From Promethearchaeota archaeon (GTDB taxonomy: Archaea; Asgardarchaeota; Lokiarchaeia; Sigyniarchaeales; SOKP01): 64,000 bases of DNA. The position numbers and the translations under genes were made by a program. The notes beneath the pieces are model-generated. The model was not told where the DNA came from and made no database searches. It saw only the letters and a program-made list of their open reading frames with translations. This document shows, one piece after another, positions 29,441-40,133 of the stretch (the stretch's first letter is position 1; each line of letters starts with the position of its first letter). The stretch covers positions 21,150 through 85,149 of the forward strand of contig JBHLLT010000013.1 of the NCBI GenBank assembly GCA_048938855.1. Direction: 5' to 3'.

Positions 29441-29544
29441 TTTATTTTATTTAAACATTATGACAAAAAAATCGATAAAAAAAAATTTAAATGAGTTTTC
29501 CATAATTTTACTCAAAATACTTTTGGAAATGAATTAGATTTATC

Positions 29545-30510
29545 ATGTTATTTGAAAACTTTTTTGAAGCTTTACTAAAATATGGGTTTCTCCAACGTGC
29601 GTTGATCACATCTATAATTGTAGGTGTAATTTGTGGTCTTGTAGGAGTTTTTATAATACTACGAGGTTTAATTTTTATGGGAGCCGGAATCGCACATTCT
29701 TCTTTTGCAGGTGGGGCGTTGGGGATCCTCCTAGGAATTAATCCGTTTGTTACAATATTCTTTTTCAGTACAGGGGCAGCATTAATGATTGGTTTCATTA
29801 ATGAGAAAGGTTATATAGAAGATAATAATGTTGCAGTGGGAATTATTTTTTCTCTCACAATGGCCCTTGCTATATTATTTATAAGTTTAATTAATACGTA
29901 TAATGCTGCTGTTAATGCTATCCTATTTGGAAATGTTTTGATTGTTACAACCGAAGATATGATTTTACTAATTGCTATTAGTGCTATAATCATCATGATC
30001 GTTTTCTTTATGAAGAAAGAATTATTTTTCATAACTTTTGATGATGAAATGGCAAGTGCAACTGGGATTCCAGTAAGGTTTATTTCTTACATATTTCTTA
30101 TATTAATTTCATTAGCTATTGTTGTCTCTTTGAAGGCAATAGGTGCAATATTGGTTTTTGCGATGATTACAACTCCTGCGGCTGCTGCATACCAATGGAG
30201 CTATAAATTGAATCGGATTTTATTACTTTCAATTCTATTTGGAGCTGCTTCATCATTTATAGGATTATTTTTATCTTATATTCTTAATTTACCTTCTGGT
30301 TCTACAATCACCATAACCATAAGCGTTATTTTCGTAATTTCAATTATTTTTTCACCAAAAAGAAGAGCAGGTAAGGATATAGGGTATAAACACACGTGCA
30401 AAGTGTGTGATAAAGCTAGCGTTGAAGAATGTGAGTTTTGTTTAGCAGAAGAAAGAAATACCCATCAATATATAATCCCAAAAAAGAAGAGTGAAAAAAA
30501 AGCAGAATAG
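29545..30510 (+). CDS. Zn/Mn ABC transporter permease (ZnuB-like) with Cys/His-rich tail
   Basis: FLQRAL, GIAHSSFAGGALG, ILFGNVL, TFDDEMA, GAILV; tail HTCKVC..ECEFC. Confidence 0.92.
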   Translation: MLFENFFEALLKYGFLQRALITSIIVGVICGLVGVFIILRGLIFMGAGIAHSSFAGGALGILLGINPFVTIFFFSTGAALMIGFINEKGYIEDNNVAVGIIFSLTMALAILFISLINTYNAAVNAILFGNVLIVTTEDMILLIAISAIIIMIVFFMKKELFFITFDDEMASATGIPVRFISYIFLILISLAIVVSLKAIGAILVFAMITTPAAAAYQWSYKLNRILLLSILFGAASSFIGLFLSYILNLPSGSTITITISVIFVISIIFSPKRRAGKDIGYKHTCKVCDKASVEECEFCLAEERNTHQYIIPKKKSEKKAE

Positions 30511-30712
30511 AAAATATAATGACTATTCATAATAACTTATGGATTTTTTAATGTATTGGATATATAATTACTTATTCCACTCAAGTGTAGGCAAATAAAA
30601 AACGTATTTTGGTGAAGAATTGGTTATATTGGAAAGGGGATAAATATAAAAAAACTTAGCCTATTATAACCTAGGAACTCTATATTAAAATTACATGATT
30701 TATCAAGGTTAA

Positions 30713-32161
30713 ATGTTATTCTGTCCTAAATGTGGAGCTAGGAATAAAACCACATATAACTACTGTTATAGATGTGGAACTAAAATTAAATACTCAGTCG
30801 AAGACAATAAACAAATAAAAAAGGAAGTAGCTAAGTATAAAATAAATGATTTTATTACATTAAAACTTGAGAAAGATAACACCGTAATCTATGTTAATGA
30901 CGAGAAATTCTTACAGTGTAAATATCTGTTAATTGAAATTCCAAAAGATAAAATCAATGAATTCTACGATTTTATGTCAATCGATGAAGTGAGTGAAAAA
31001 CTTGATCATTCATTAGAAAAAAATGTAAAATCTACTCAAATATTACCTGAAATTGAATTCTGGGGGCATTGTTCCAATTTACAAGCTTGGGCAGAAAACA
31101 ATTATGATACAAATCTACTTCATAGTAATTTAGCTTTTCCTCTTCTAAAAAAATTGACTGATGTAGGCGACCCTATAGCTAAACGTATTTTCAAAGAAGA
31201 AATAGCCGAGAGACTCACTAATATTTTTACCAATGTTGCTCAATATTTAATACAAGAGAATTATCTTGAATATTTTAGCCCAGAAGAGAATGAAATAATG
31301 ATGGAAATACTCTTTTCACAAATAGAACAGCAATTTAGAAACAAACAGAGTTCTTTGCTCGAAGAAAAAGAAATTAATGCATTATTAGACATTATTGAAA
31401 CTAATTTAATTCACTCTAAAATATTTTTAACCAATCGATTGAAAAGTACTGAAAAGATTAACAGAGAGACCCATTTAGGTTTTTTAAACGATAATAAAAG
31501 AGTTATCACTTTAGGATTGAATCGATGTGGAATTGAAGTACTACCCTCTTCAATAGAGAATTTGGAAAATTTAGAGGAATTATACTTAACTGAAAATAGA
31601 TTGAATTATCTCCCTTCTTCTCTTGGAAATCTAACTAAATTGAAGAAAGTTGATCTTAGTGATAACCACTTAATTGAACTACCAATTGAAATTGGAAATT
31701 TAATAGCACTGAAGGAATTACATTTAAATCATAATGTTATTCAGAATTTGCCTGATACTATATCTAATTTAAAAATTTTAGAAATTCTGTCAGTATGGGG
31801 TAATCAATTAAAAGAATTTCCTAAAAATGTAAATGAAATGGAATCATTACGAGTTTTAGGATTAAGTTTTAATCAATTAGAAGAACTTCCTAAGATTTCT
31901 CATGAGATTCCTAATCTTGAAGTTTTAGACTTAAGTAATAATAAAATTCACTTCTTACCAGATAATATGGATTATTGGAAATCTTTAAAAACATTATGGT
32001 TGAATAATAATCCTTTAACTGCAATTCCTATGTCATTATTAGACCTTCAAAATCTCACAGATATATATACTATAAATACTAAAATTTTCACTAATCAAGA
32101 TTCTGAAACTATTAAAGTTCTAAAAAAATTGAAAATGAAAGGAGTTAATATTTGGAAGTGA
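30713..32161 (+). CDS. Zinc-ribbon plus leucine-rich-repeat protein
   Basis: CPKCG..CYRCG; middle domain FWGHCSNLQAW; LRRs LxxLxLxxNxLxxLP. Confidence 0.88.
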   Translation: MLFCPKCGARNKTTYNYCYRCGTKIKYSVEDNKQIKKEVAKYKINDFITLKLEKDNTVIYVNDEKFLQCKYLLIEIPKDKINEFYDFMSIDEVSEKLDHSLEKNVKSTQILPEIEFWGHCSNLQAWAENNYDTNLLHSNLAFPLLKKLTDVGDPIAKRIFKEEIAERLTNIFTNVAQYLIQENYLEYFSPEENEIMMEILFSQIEQQFRNKQSSLLEEKEINALLDIIETNLIHSKIFLTNRLKSTEKINRETHLGFLNDNKRVITLGLNRCGIEVLPSSIENLENLEELYLTENRLNYLPSSLGNLTKLKKVDLSDNHLIELPIEIGNLIALKELHLNHNVIQNLPDTISNLKILEILSVWGNQLKEFPKNVNEMESLRVLGLSFNQLEELPKISHEIPNLEVLDLSNNKIHFLPDNMDYWKSLKTLWLNNNPLTAIPMSLLDLQNLTDIYTINTKIFTNQDSETIKVLKKLKMKGVNIWK

Positions 32162-32459
32162 ACTAATCTGGTAGTTATCTAATTTTCATATATTAACAGC
32201 ACTAAAAAAGAGTAATTTAATTTGAATAATATAAGAAAAAACATAAATTACATAAGGGATTATATTCTATCTTATTGGATTGTAAATAAAAATATAAGAT
32301 AGTATATTATTTTAAAAATATTAATTCGCTTTCTGCGAAGTTCTATACAATATTTATTTCCGGTTTTCATCCAACAGAATTAAATAATTATTATTCTAAT
32401 TTTGGAAATTTAAGAAAATTGGATTTACAATTTTGCATCAAAACATGAGTTTGTGATCT

Positions 32460-32849
32460 ATGCCAAAAATGAAAAAAAAACAGGTTAAAAAAGGAAGGAG
32501 AACCTATGGACCAAATCCAACTCCTGAAGTAAAGCGTGTTAAAATGCCATATAGGAGAAATGGAGAAATGTTTGCTCGTGTAACAGATATATATGGCCAA
32601 GATAGGATGGGTGTCTATTGTGAAGATGGTAAACATCGCTTAGGACGGATACGTGGAAAAATTAAGAAAAGAGTGTGGATAAGAAAAGGTGATTTAGTAG
32701 TCATTAATCCTTGGGGATTTGAAACAGAAGTTCAAGGACAAAAAGAAAAATGTGAAATTTCTTGGAGATATTTAAGACATGAAATCTCTTGGTTAGAACG
32801 AAAAGGTTTAGTACCAGAAAATCTGGACCTAAACAATATTCTCCTCTAA
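32460..32849 (+). CDS. eif1a: Translation initiation factor aIF-1A
   Basis: CEDGKHRLGRIRGKIKKRVWIRKGDLVVINPW..ISWRY. Confidence 0.93.
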   Translation: MPKMKKKQVKKGRRTYGPNPTPEVKRVKMPYRRNGEMFARVTDIYGQDRMGVYCEDGKHRLGRIRGKIKKRVWIRKGDLVVINPWGFETEVQGQKEKCEISWRYLRHEISWLERKGLVPENLDLNNILL

Positions 32850-33010
32850 AATTATTTTTTTATTTTAATCAAATTTAAGAAATTTAAAAAATTAAAAAGA
32901 AAAAAAAGAATAAGATTCGATAACAATCGCAAAACAGATTTTTACTAATTATTATTCATTTCTTATATTGTTTTTTATTACTTTTTGTAGATTTATAATT
33001 ACTCAAATAT

Positions 33011-33283
33011 TTAAAAGCGGAAATCTCCTCTTCTACCTCTATTATAGGGATTAGGAGGAGCTTTCTCGGTTATTACAACATTGCTAGCTTGTGGTCCTTT
33101 TTGACCATCAACTACTTCAAATTCTACTTTGTCGTTTTCATTTAATGTCTTGTATTCATCATCTCTACCTGCTAATGCAGTGTAATGAACAAAAACATCG
33201 GTCCCTTCTTCAGAATTTATAAATCCGTAGCCTTTACGGCTATTAAACCATTTTACTGTTCCTTTTACCAATTTTAAAACCAA
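33011..33283 (-). CDS. Cold-shock domain protein with RG-rich tail
   Basis: [27 protein letters not shown]; start codon uncertain. Confidence 0.93.
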   Translation of the reverse strand: MVLKLVKGTVKWFNSRKGYGFINSEEGTDVFVHYTALAGRDDEYKTLNENDKVEFEVVDGQKGPQASNVVITEKAPPNPYNRGRRGDFRF

Positions 33284-33505
33284 TTTTTAAATTTTCTGTT
33301 AAAATTCTTTATTTCTAAAGAACTGATAAAAAAAAAGAATTCCAAGATAATAAATTTTGACTTTTTTGGGATAGCTGTGGAATTTTTATGAAAAAATTTT
33401 CCTGTTTTTTTGAAAGGATTTTCAGATGATTCTAATATTGAAGCTGTAAGCGAAATTGACCGTAATTTTAATAAATGGTCATAACTTTGATATCTCTAGA
33501 AAATA

Positions 33506-33934
33506 ATGATGGCTAAAAATCAATATAATTTATTTTTTATTGGATTTTTGTCTCTTATAATAGTGCTTCTTGCGCCATATGGGTTCCATATAGACTTAGG
33601 ACCAGGACCAAATAACTTAATGGCAATCCTTTGGGAATATTGGACTTTATCAATTATAAGATGGTTTACTGTTTTGGAGTATGTTCCATATTATTTTTTT
33701 AGGTTTATCACAATTTATTATTTGATACGATATATCTTAGATAAAGCATCGTTGAAGAAAACGATAATAATGGGAATTATAAATGAGTTAATTCCATTGA
33801 TAATTTCAATTCCCGCTGTGCTTATACTTAATCAAGATGGAGAAAACTATATCCCCATTGTGATTCCGATTCCAACTTTACTTGTATTCCATCTGTCTGT
33901 GGTTTATACATTTTACTACTTAAAAAAGAGATAA
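33506..33934 (+). CDS. Hypothetical membrane protein
   Basis: About four hydrophobic segments. Confidence 0.7.
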   Translation: MMAKNQYNLFFIGFLSLIIVLLAPYGFHIDLGPGPNNLMAILWEYWTLSIIRWFTVLEYVPYYFFRFITIYYLIRYILDKASLKKTIIMGIINELIPLIISIPAVLILNQDGENYIPIVIPIPTLLVFHLSVVYTFYYLKKR

Positions 33935-33979
33935 ACAATATTTATTGGAGAAAAAAAGAAATTTCATGAGTAATCTTTC

Positions 33980-36736
33980 CTAAACTAATGGCAAAGACAA
34001 ATAAAAAGTTGAGCCTTTATTTCTACCTTCAGACTCAACCCAAATATCTCCACCATGTAATTCAATTATCTTTTTAGAGATAAATAAACCAAAACCAGAT
34101 CCCTCTGCAATAATATCTAACCCCTGACCGTATCTCTCAATCTTACCAAATTGTTTGAATATCATACCTTTTTCCTCTTCTGTAAAACCAATTCCATTGT
34201 CTTTTATCGAAACGATAATAAGATTGTCTTTAATTTCAGAACTTATCTCTATTAAACCACCTGGGGGTGTATACTTTACTGCGTTGTTTAGAAGATTACT
34301 AATTACTTGATGGATTTGCTCTTTTTCAATTAAGGTCATTAAATTATCTGGCAATTCTAAATTTATACTATGATTTCTCAATTTCGAAAATCCTTTAATC
34401 TCATTTACACACACTCTAACCAAAAAAGATAGATCTTCTTTCGATGTTTTTAGTTTGATGGTACCAGATTCTAGTTCAGCAGTTTTCAAAATATCACCAA
34501 TAAGATTTTCTAGACGAATACACCCTTGCATAATCTCGTTTAGAGTCGATATAACTACATAATCTATTTTGTCCCTGTGAACTTTTAATAGGAGTTCAGT
34601 AAATCCTTTAATAGAAACTAGGGGTGTTTTTAACTCATGAGAAGTTCTTCTAAGTAATTCAGATTTTAACTGGTTAAGTTTGATTAATTCTTGTTGCGCT
34701 TTCACTCTTTCAGTGATATCAATTTGAGTCACGAGATTTGCTGGTCTTCCCTCATACATCATAGTTTTAGAGAGATTATCAACCCAAAATAATTCTCCAT
34801 TCTTCCTTTCAATTTGAATAGGATAGTTAATTATGACATCTGGATCACCAACTTGTTTTTTTCTTAATTGTTCTTTAACTATTTCTAATGAATCAGGTGT
34901 AACAGTTTTTAATAATTCCCCTGGCACCCAATTATACATTTCCTCTTCCGTATACCCATATAAGGTTGCCATTTCGTGATTAACATATTTTATGACATTA
35001 TCTTGAATAATACATATCGCTAATAAAGATTCTTCTGTAATTTTCCGAAATTTCTCTTCTGATTCTATTAATTTCTGTTCAGATATTTTTTTATTAGTTA
35101 TATCATGTATTGCAACGAAATCCGCCAGCTCCCCTTTGTAATTAATAGTTTTTGAGAAAAGCTCAAGCCAAATCATATCTCCATTTTTTTTTATTCCTCT
35201 AAATTCATATTGATTAATAACATCTGATTCACCTAATTGTTTTTTCCTTGCTTGTTCACTAACGAACTGTCTATCTTCAGGAAGAATAACATTAATAAAA
35301 CCTCCTTGACTCCAATTCATAATTTCTTCTATAGTATATCCAAATATGTCAGCAAGTTGCTCATTGACATATTTAACAATATTATTTTGAAGAATGGTAA
35401 TACCTAAAAAAGATTGTTCTGTAAGTGTTCTAAATTTTTCTTCCGATTCTTTTAATTTTTGTTCTGCTTCTCGCTTTTCAGTGGTGTCAATAAGGGTCAC
35501 CAAATCTGCCGGACGCCCATTATACATTATGGTTGTAGAGATATTATCAACCCAAAATTTTTCTCCAGAACTATTGACGCAATGTATCGGATATGCGGCA
35601 GTTATGTCAGGATCTCCAATTTGCTTCTTACGTGCTTGTTCCATTACAAATTCTAAAGATTCTTCTGCCACAGTCTTTGCATACTCTTTTGGTGTCCATG
35701 TTAGCATCTCCTCTCTATTATATCCAAACATATCAGCCATTTTTTGGTTTGTATACACCACTAAATCATCTTGTAAGATTGTTATTGCAAGATGAGAATC
35801 CTCTGCGATAGTTCGAAAATTTTCTTCTGATTCTTTTATTTTCTGTTCAGTATTTTTCCTGTCAGTAATATCAGTAAATGTTACCGCAAAATAACCTTTC
35901 TTAGGAGAATATCCTGAAACTTTAAACCATTTTTGTATGGCTTTTGAATAATCTTCTACTGTTAAAGGTACTCCTGTTAGCCCGACCTGACCAAATCTAC
36001 CAATCCAATCAGCAGGATCATTTTCTGTGCCAGGAATTGCTTCAGTGACCCTTTTTCCAATTAAATCCTCCTTCTTTAGACCCGTTAATTCTTCAAATTT
36101 AGGATTTACTTCAATATATTTGTAGTCAATTGGTTTGTTTTTATTATCAACTATGACTTCATGATAAGCAAACGCTGCATTCATATTCTCAAACAAAGAG
36201 CGATATTTTTCTTCTGACTCTTTTAATTTTTGCTCAGCTTCAAATTGATCAGTTATATCTGTTAGGAATGCGTATGTTCCTTCATACTGATCACCATCAT
36301 TAAAAATAGGTGTAGCTTTTATTCTTAAATGTATGTTTTTACCAGTTTTGTGAAGTAGTACGGCATCATGTTCCTCAGAGATTCCTTTCTTTCGTCGTTC
36401 TAGATGATATCGAGTAATATCAAAAGAATCCTCATCCATGAATGCAAATATAGATTGTCCAACCATTTCTTCGATTTCATAACCCAACATACTCGCCATA
36501 CTTGGATTCACTAAAATAGTATCTGCATTTTCATCTATTACCCAGACCCCTTCTATAGAATTCTCAATAAAATAGCGATATTTTATATCTAACTCTTTTC
36601 TTTGTATAGAATTTTCTCTAGCTTTTTGTTCTAATATAGAAGCAATCTTTTCAAAATCCTCATCGGGATTTTTTAATAGACTCTTTATAAGGATAGTTTC
36701 AGATGGAGAAAAAACATTTAGTTCCAAACTGGTCAT
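33980..36736 (-). CDS. Cytoplasmic multi-PAS histidine kinase
   Basis: About 5 PAS modules with ESEEKFR linkers; SHELKTPL, NLLNNAVKYT, DNGIG, GSGFGL, GSTF. Confidence 0.93.
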   Translation of the reverse strand: MTSLELNVFSPSETILIKSLLKNPDEDFEKIASILEQKARENSIQRKELDIKYRYFIENSIEGVWVIDENADTILVNPSMASMLGYEIEEMVGQSIFAFMDEDSFDITRYHLERRKKGISEEHDAVLLHKTGKNIHLRIKATPIFNDGDQYEGTYAFLTDITDQFEAEQKLKESEEKYRSLFENMNAAFAYHEVIVDNKNKPIDYKYIEVNPKFEELTGLKKEDLIGKRVTEAIPGTENDPADWIGRFGQVGLTGVPLTVEDYSKAIQKWFKVSGYSPKKGYFAVTFTDITDRKNTEQKIKESEENFRTIAEDSHLAITILQDDLVVYTNQKMADMFGYNREEMLTWTPKEYAKTVAEESLEFVMEQARKKQIGDPDITAAYPIHCVNSSGEKFWVDNISTTIMYNGRPADLVTLIDTTEKREAEQKLKESEEKFRTLTEQSFLGITILQNNIVKYVNEQLADIFGYTIEEIMNWSQGGFINVILPEDRQFVSEQARKKQLGESDVINQYEFRGIKKNGDMIWLELFSKTINYKGELADFVAIHDITNKKISEQKLIESEEKFRKITEESLLAICIIQDNVIKYVNHEMATLYGYTEEEMYNWVPGELLKTVTPDSLEIVKEQLRKKQVGDPDVIINYPIQIERKNGELFWVDNLSKTMMYEGRPANLVTQIDITERVKAQQELIKLNQLKSELLRRTSHELKTPLVSIKGFTELLLKVHRDKIDYVVISTLNEIMQGCIRLENLIGDILKTAELESGTIKLKTSKEDLSFLVRVCVNEIKGFSKLRNHSINLELPDNLMTLIEKEQIHQVISNLLNNAVKYTPPGGLIEISSEIKDNLIIVSIKDNGIGFTEEEKGMIFKQFGKIERYGQGLDIIAEGSGFGLFISKKIIELHGGDIWVESEGRNKGSTFYLSLPLV

Positions 36737-36819
36737 ATAATCTCATCTAAATAAGTTTAAAATTCAGAATTACAAATTTAATTGTACTTTGATAATAATG
36801 TTAAATATTTTTAAAAACT

Positions 36820-37848
36820 ATGATTTCAAAAAATAAATCTATTTATGAAAAATATTTTTTTAAGGATAAATTAATTACAGATAGATCTCTAATGTCTAAA
36901 TCTGTACTTTTTGACATTATTAAAATGGACAACCTTTGCGTATCAATTCCAGAAACTAGCCATTTTAGTTTAGGAACATCACCCTACTATGCTCATCAAC
37001 ATGGACTTGCAATTGACGTATATCATCATCTCACTTTAGAAGATTATGATATGTTGAGTCCCATCTCAGGAAAAGTTTTAAAGATAAAGACTTTAGCAGC
37101 TCCTAAACCAAGGTTCGTTGAGGGAATCGATGTTGATTATTTAATATTGATTCAGAATTACAATTCTCCTAAGTTAGTCTGGAAGATTATGCATATTAAA
37201 CCTGCAGTGAGTGTCGGAGAGTATGTTAAAATAGGAGATATATTAGGGAGAACAATTCGAAATGGGTATTTTGCTTACTGGTCAAGTCCACATCTTCATC
37301 TTGAATTAAGGCCATCCAACGATGCAATTCGTGCTAGAGGAGGAATAGATTTTTCTTTAGCTATAGATAACAGAAATATAATTCATCAGATTTCCGAAGA
37401 AGAGAATGTAAACGAAATTCCAATCGAGATAAAATCTGTTTACCCAGAAATAATTTTAGCAGAACTTCCCAAACATTTTTACCATAATCTCCATCCATTA
37501 TATGGGATTAAAGTTAAGGTAAACAGTGGAGAATGTATTTTAGATGGAGGAATTCCTCACTATAAAATAGGTACAGTAATAAATAGGCAAAAAAATTCAT
37601 TTATTGAAGCTGAACCCGTATATTTCGGAGTTCATAAAATAGGGATACTCCATGAGATTAATGGACAATTTGGATTTTTAAAATTTGCTGCTATAAAGTT
37701 TTTCCTTAATGATATCGAAATTAGAGGGATTTCTCTTTATTTAGCTAATTTTTGCCCGCAAATAAAGATAATTCCTTCTAAAAAGAATCAATTCTCATTC
37801 AAACCAAAGTCAATTCAATATTTAAAGCTTATCCCAACTGAGATCTGA
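36820..37848 (+). CDS. Peptidase M23-like (rudiment hybrid motif) hypothetical protein
   Basis: YYAHQHGLAID, SPISGKV, MHIKP..GDILG, SSPHLHLE; true start may be downstream. Confidence 0.65.
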   Translation: MISKNKSIYEKYFFKDKLITDRSLMSKSVLFDIIKMDNLCVSIPETSHFSLGTSPYYAHQHGLAIDVYHHLTLEDYDMLSPISGKVLKIKTLAAPKPRFVEGIDVDYLILIQNYNSPKLVWKIMHIKPAVSVGEYVKIGDILGRTIRNGYFAYWSSPHLHLELRPSNDAIRARGGIDFSLAIDNRNIIHQISEEENVNEIPIEIKSVYPEIILAELPKHFYHNLHPLYGIKVKVNSGECILDGGIPHYKIGTVINRQKNSFIEAEPVYFGVHKIGILHEINGQFGFLKFAAIKFFLNDIEIRGISLYLANFCPQIKIIPSKKNQFSFKPKSIQYLKLIPTEI

Positions 37849-37856
37849 TCGAAAAG

Positions 37857-39311
37857 TTATTTTAAACTATTAATTGATGTCTTTAATACACTTTCAAATT
37901 TATCACAGATAAACTCGCCATTATCTTCAGAGATGTTAAGTGGAGGTTTTATTTTAATTAAATTTCGTTTTAATAATTTACCTGTTCCACTTAAATAAGG
38001 CATGCTAGGTCCGAAATAAATATCTTGTCTTACACCCTCATGTAGCATTTCTTCCATGAGCTCTGTAAAAGGTTCTCTAGTTTTCTGATCTTTTACTAGT
38101 TCGACCCCTATAAATAGCCCAGGCCCACGAATATCTCCTATCACCTCAAATTTTTCTTGGAGCTCTTTTAACCTATTAGTGATTTGTTTGCCTCTTTCTT
38201 CGCAATTTTCGCCAATTTTTGCTCTTTCAATTACCATTATTGAAGCAAGTCCAGCTGTACAACCTATAGGTGCATTACAAAATGTTGTATGATCTTCGGA
38301 TGGGCCAAATCTCTTTTTGATTTTAGTTGATACAATCATTGCTCCTAAAGGAAATCCTCCACCAATGGCTTTTGTGAAGCACATCATATCAGGAGAGACA
38401 TCAATTCCTAGTTCCTTTTCATATTTCTCTGTGAGAGTAAAATATTTACCCGTCCTCCATACACCTGTTTGAGATTCATCATAAATTATCAAAATCTTCT
38501 CTTCTTCGCATACTTCTCTTAATTTAACGAGAAAATCTGGTGGAAAAGGTACATGACCTCCTGCTGCTTGCCAGGGCTCTAAAATAACACCTGCTAATTG
38601 TCTTGAGGTTAAACCCATTAGATATTCTTTAACCAAATTGAAACATTCGAGGTTACATTCAGGATCTTTCTTACCATATAATCCATTTTTATAATTCCAT
38701 AAACAGCGATAACAATATGGTTGTGGAACTCGTGTAAAAAAATCTACTCCAAATGGTCGGAATCTTGTTATTGTATGGAAGGGTTGAGATGCAGTAATTG
38801 TAGCCAACGTGTTTCCATGATACCCACCTCGAAATGTAAGGAAATGATCGCCTGTTCTTGATGCGATTAGTGCGAATTTTATAGCAGCTTCAATGGCCAT
38901 ACTACCACCTTCATTATTAATGGCCACTCTTCCTCCTTTCAATCGGCCAGGACATAATTCAGCAAGCTTATTTATAAACTTAGCGCGAGAAGGAAATACA
39001 CCTTCTGATTTGATATGAGTAATTCTTTTCATTTGTTCTGCCACAGCATAATTTACATCTGGATGTGCAAATCCCAAAGCTAAAGACCAATACTGAGCTG
39101 TGCAATCAAACTTTTCTGATATTTTTCCTGTCTTAAAATCCTTTACAATAACCCAAGGAGAACCTGGTTCTTTAGCTTCAATAAAAACATTTGAATCATA
39201 ATAATTTTCTAATAAATGTTTATCAAATAATAATAATTCTTCTTCATTCACACCCGACGAAATTGCACTTAATTCCTCCTTACTTAAAACTTTTGGATTA
39301 AACTCGATCAT
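37857..39311 (-). CDS. Class III PLP aminotransferase
   Basis: LGFAHP, GSMAIEAAIK, GYHG, LEPWQAAGG, DESQTGVWRTG, TKAIGGG, RGPGLFIGVELV. Confidence 0.93.
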   Translation of the reverse strand: MIEFNPKVLSKEELSAISSGVNEEELLLFDKHLLENYYDSNVFIEAKEPGSPWVIVKDFKTGKISEKFDCTAQYWSLALGFAHPDVNYAVAEQMKRITHIKSEGVFPSRAKFINKLAELCPGRLKGGRVAINNEGGSMAIEAAIKFALIASRTGDHFLTFRGGYHGNTLATITASQPFHTITRFRPFGVDFFTRVPQPYCYRCLWNYKNGLYGKKDPECNLECFNLVKEYLMGLTSRQLAGVILEPWQAAGGHVPFPPDFLVKLREVCEEEKILIIYDESQTGVWRTGKYFTLTEKYEKELGIDVSPDMMCFTKAIGGGFPLGAMIVSTKIKKRFGPSEDHTTFCNAPIGCTAGLASIMVIERAKIGENCEERGKQITNRLKELQEKFEVIGDIRGPGLFIGVELVKDQKTREPFTELMEEMLHEGVRQDIYFGPSMPYLSGTGKLLKRNLIKIKPPLNISEDNGEFICDKFESVLKTSINSLK

Positions 39312-39411
39312 AAATAATCACTATTATAAAACATTATATTAATTATAGATAATAAAAGTAAAAATTAAAAGTTTTAAAAGTATTTAACAAAAGTGTTAAG
39401 AAATATCATGG

Positions 39412-40038
39412 TTAAGATGGTATCTCCAACTTTGAAAGGAACTCTTTAGCTTTCATTACTGTACTTGGACTACTACTATCTAGCTGATTCTTTACAAATT
39501 GCAAAATTTTAGCTTTATCCTTAATATTTTCAAAAATTTCACTCAAACTTACTATAATATCTCCTTTTATCAAATCTTTACGGCTTTCACTATGCTGGGT
39601 ATCATCAATGCTTAATAAAACTGTGGCTATCCTAGAACCTAATGATGGTTTAGCTTTGCCAATTCTCCCAGAATAAATTGATAACTTCCTAGACACTATA
39701 ACACTTCCATCATCAATGAGTTTGAAGAAATCCTCAAAAATCTCTTCAAATTTCTTTTCTTTATCAATTTGTGTCAGATTTGAAATTACAGAGATTCCAA
39801 TCGATTTGTGATAAGCATTTTTACTTTTTAATAAATTAACAAAGGCATTCCATTGAGGATAAACAATCTCAGGGTTTTTTTCACTTAAAATTTCTAAAGC
39901 TAATGTATTTGGATATCTTATTGAATCCTTTTTAGATACTACGCCTTTTAATAATTCAGAGAGTAAATTATTATGTTTTACGACATTATTAACTATTTTT
40001 TTTGCTTGGATTTCAGCATCTTTTTTTGAAATTGACAT
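39412..40038 (-). CDS. HEAT/ARM-repeat hypothetical protein
   Basis: Repeating amphipathic helix pairs. Confidence 0.65.
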   Translation of the reverse strand: MSISKKDAEIQAKKIVNNVVKHNNLLSELLKGVVSKKDSIRYPNTLALEILSEKNPEIVYPQWNAFVNLLKSKNAYHKSIGISVISNLTQIDKEKKFEEIFEDFFKLIDDGSVIVSRKLSIYSGRIGKAKPSLGSRIATVLLSIDDTQHSESRKDLIKGDIIVSLSEIFENIKDKAKILQFVKNQLDSSSPSTVMKAKEFLSKLEIPS

Positions 40039-40133
40039 AGATAACAGAATTTGAATAATATTAAAAAAGATCAGATAGTGATGATTTTTAGTTCTTTAAT
40101 ATAATGTTGGAAATAGGATATTTAAAAAAATTT

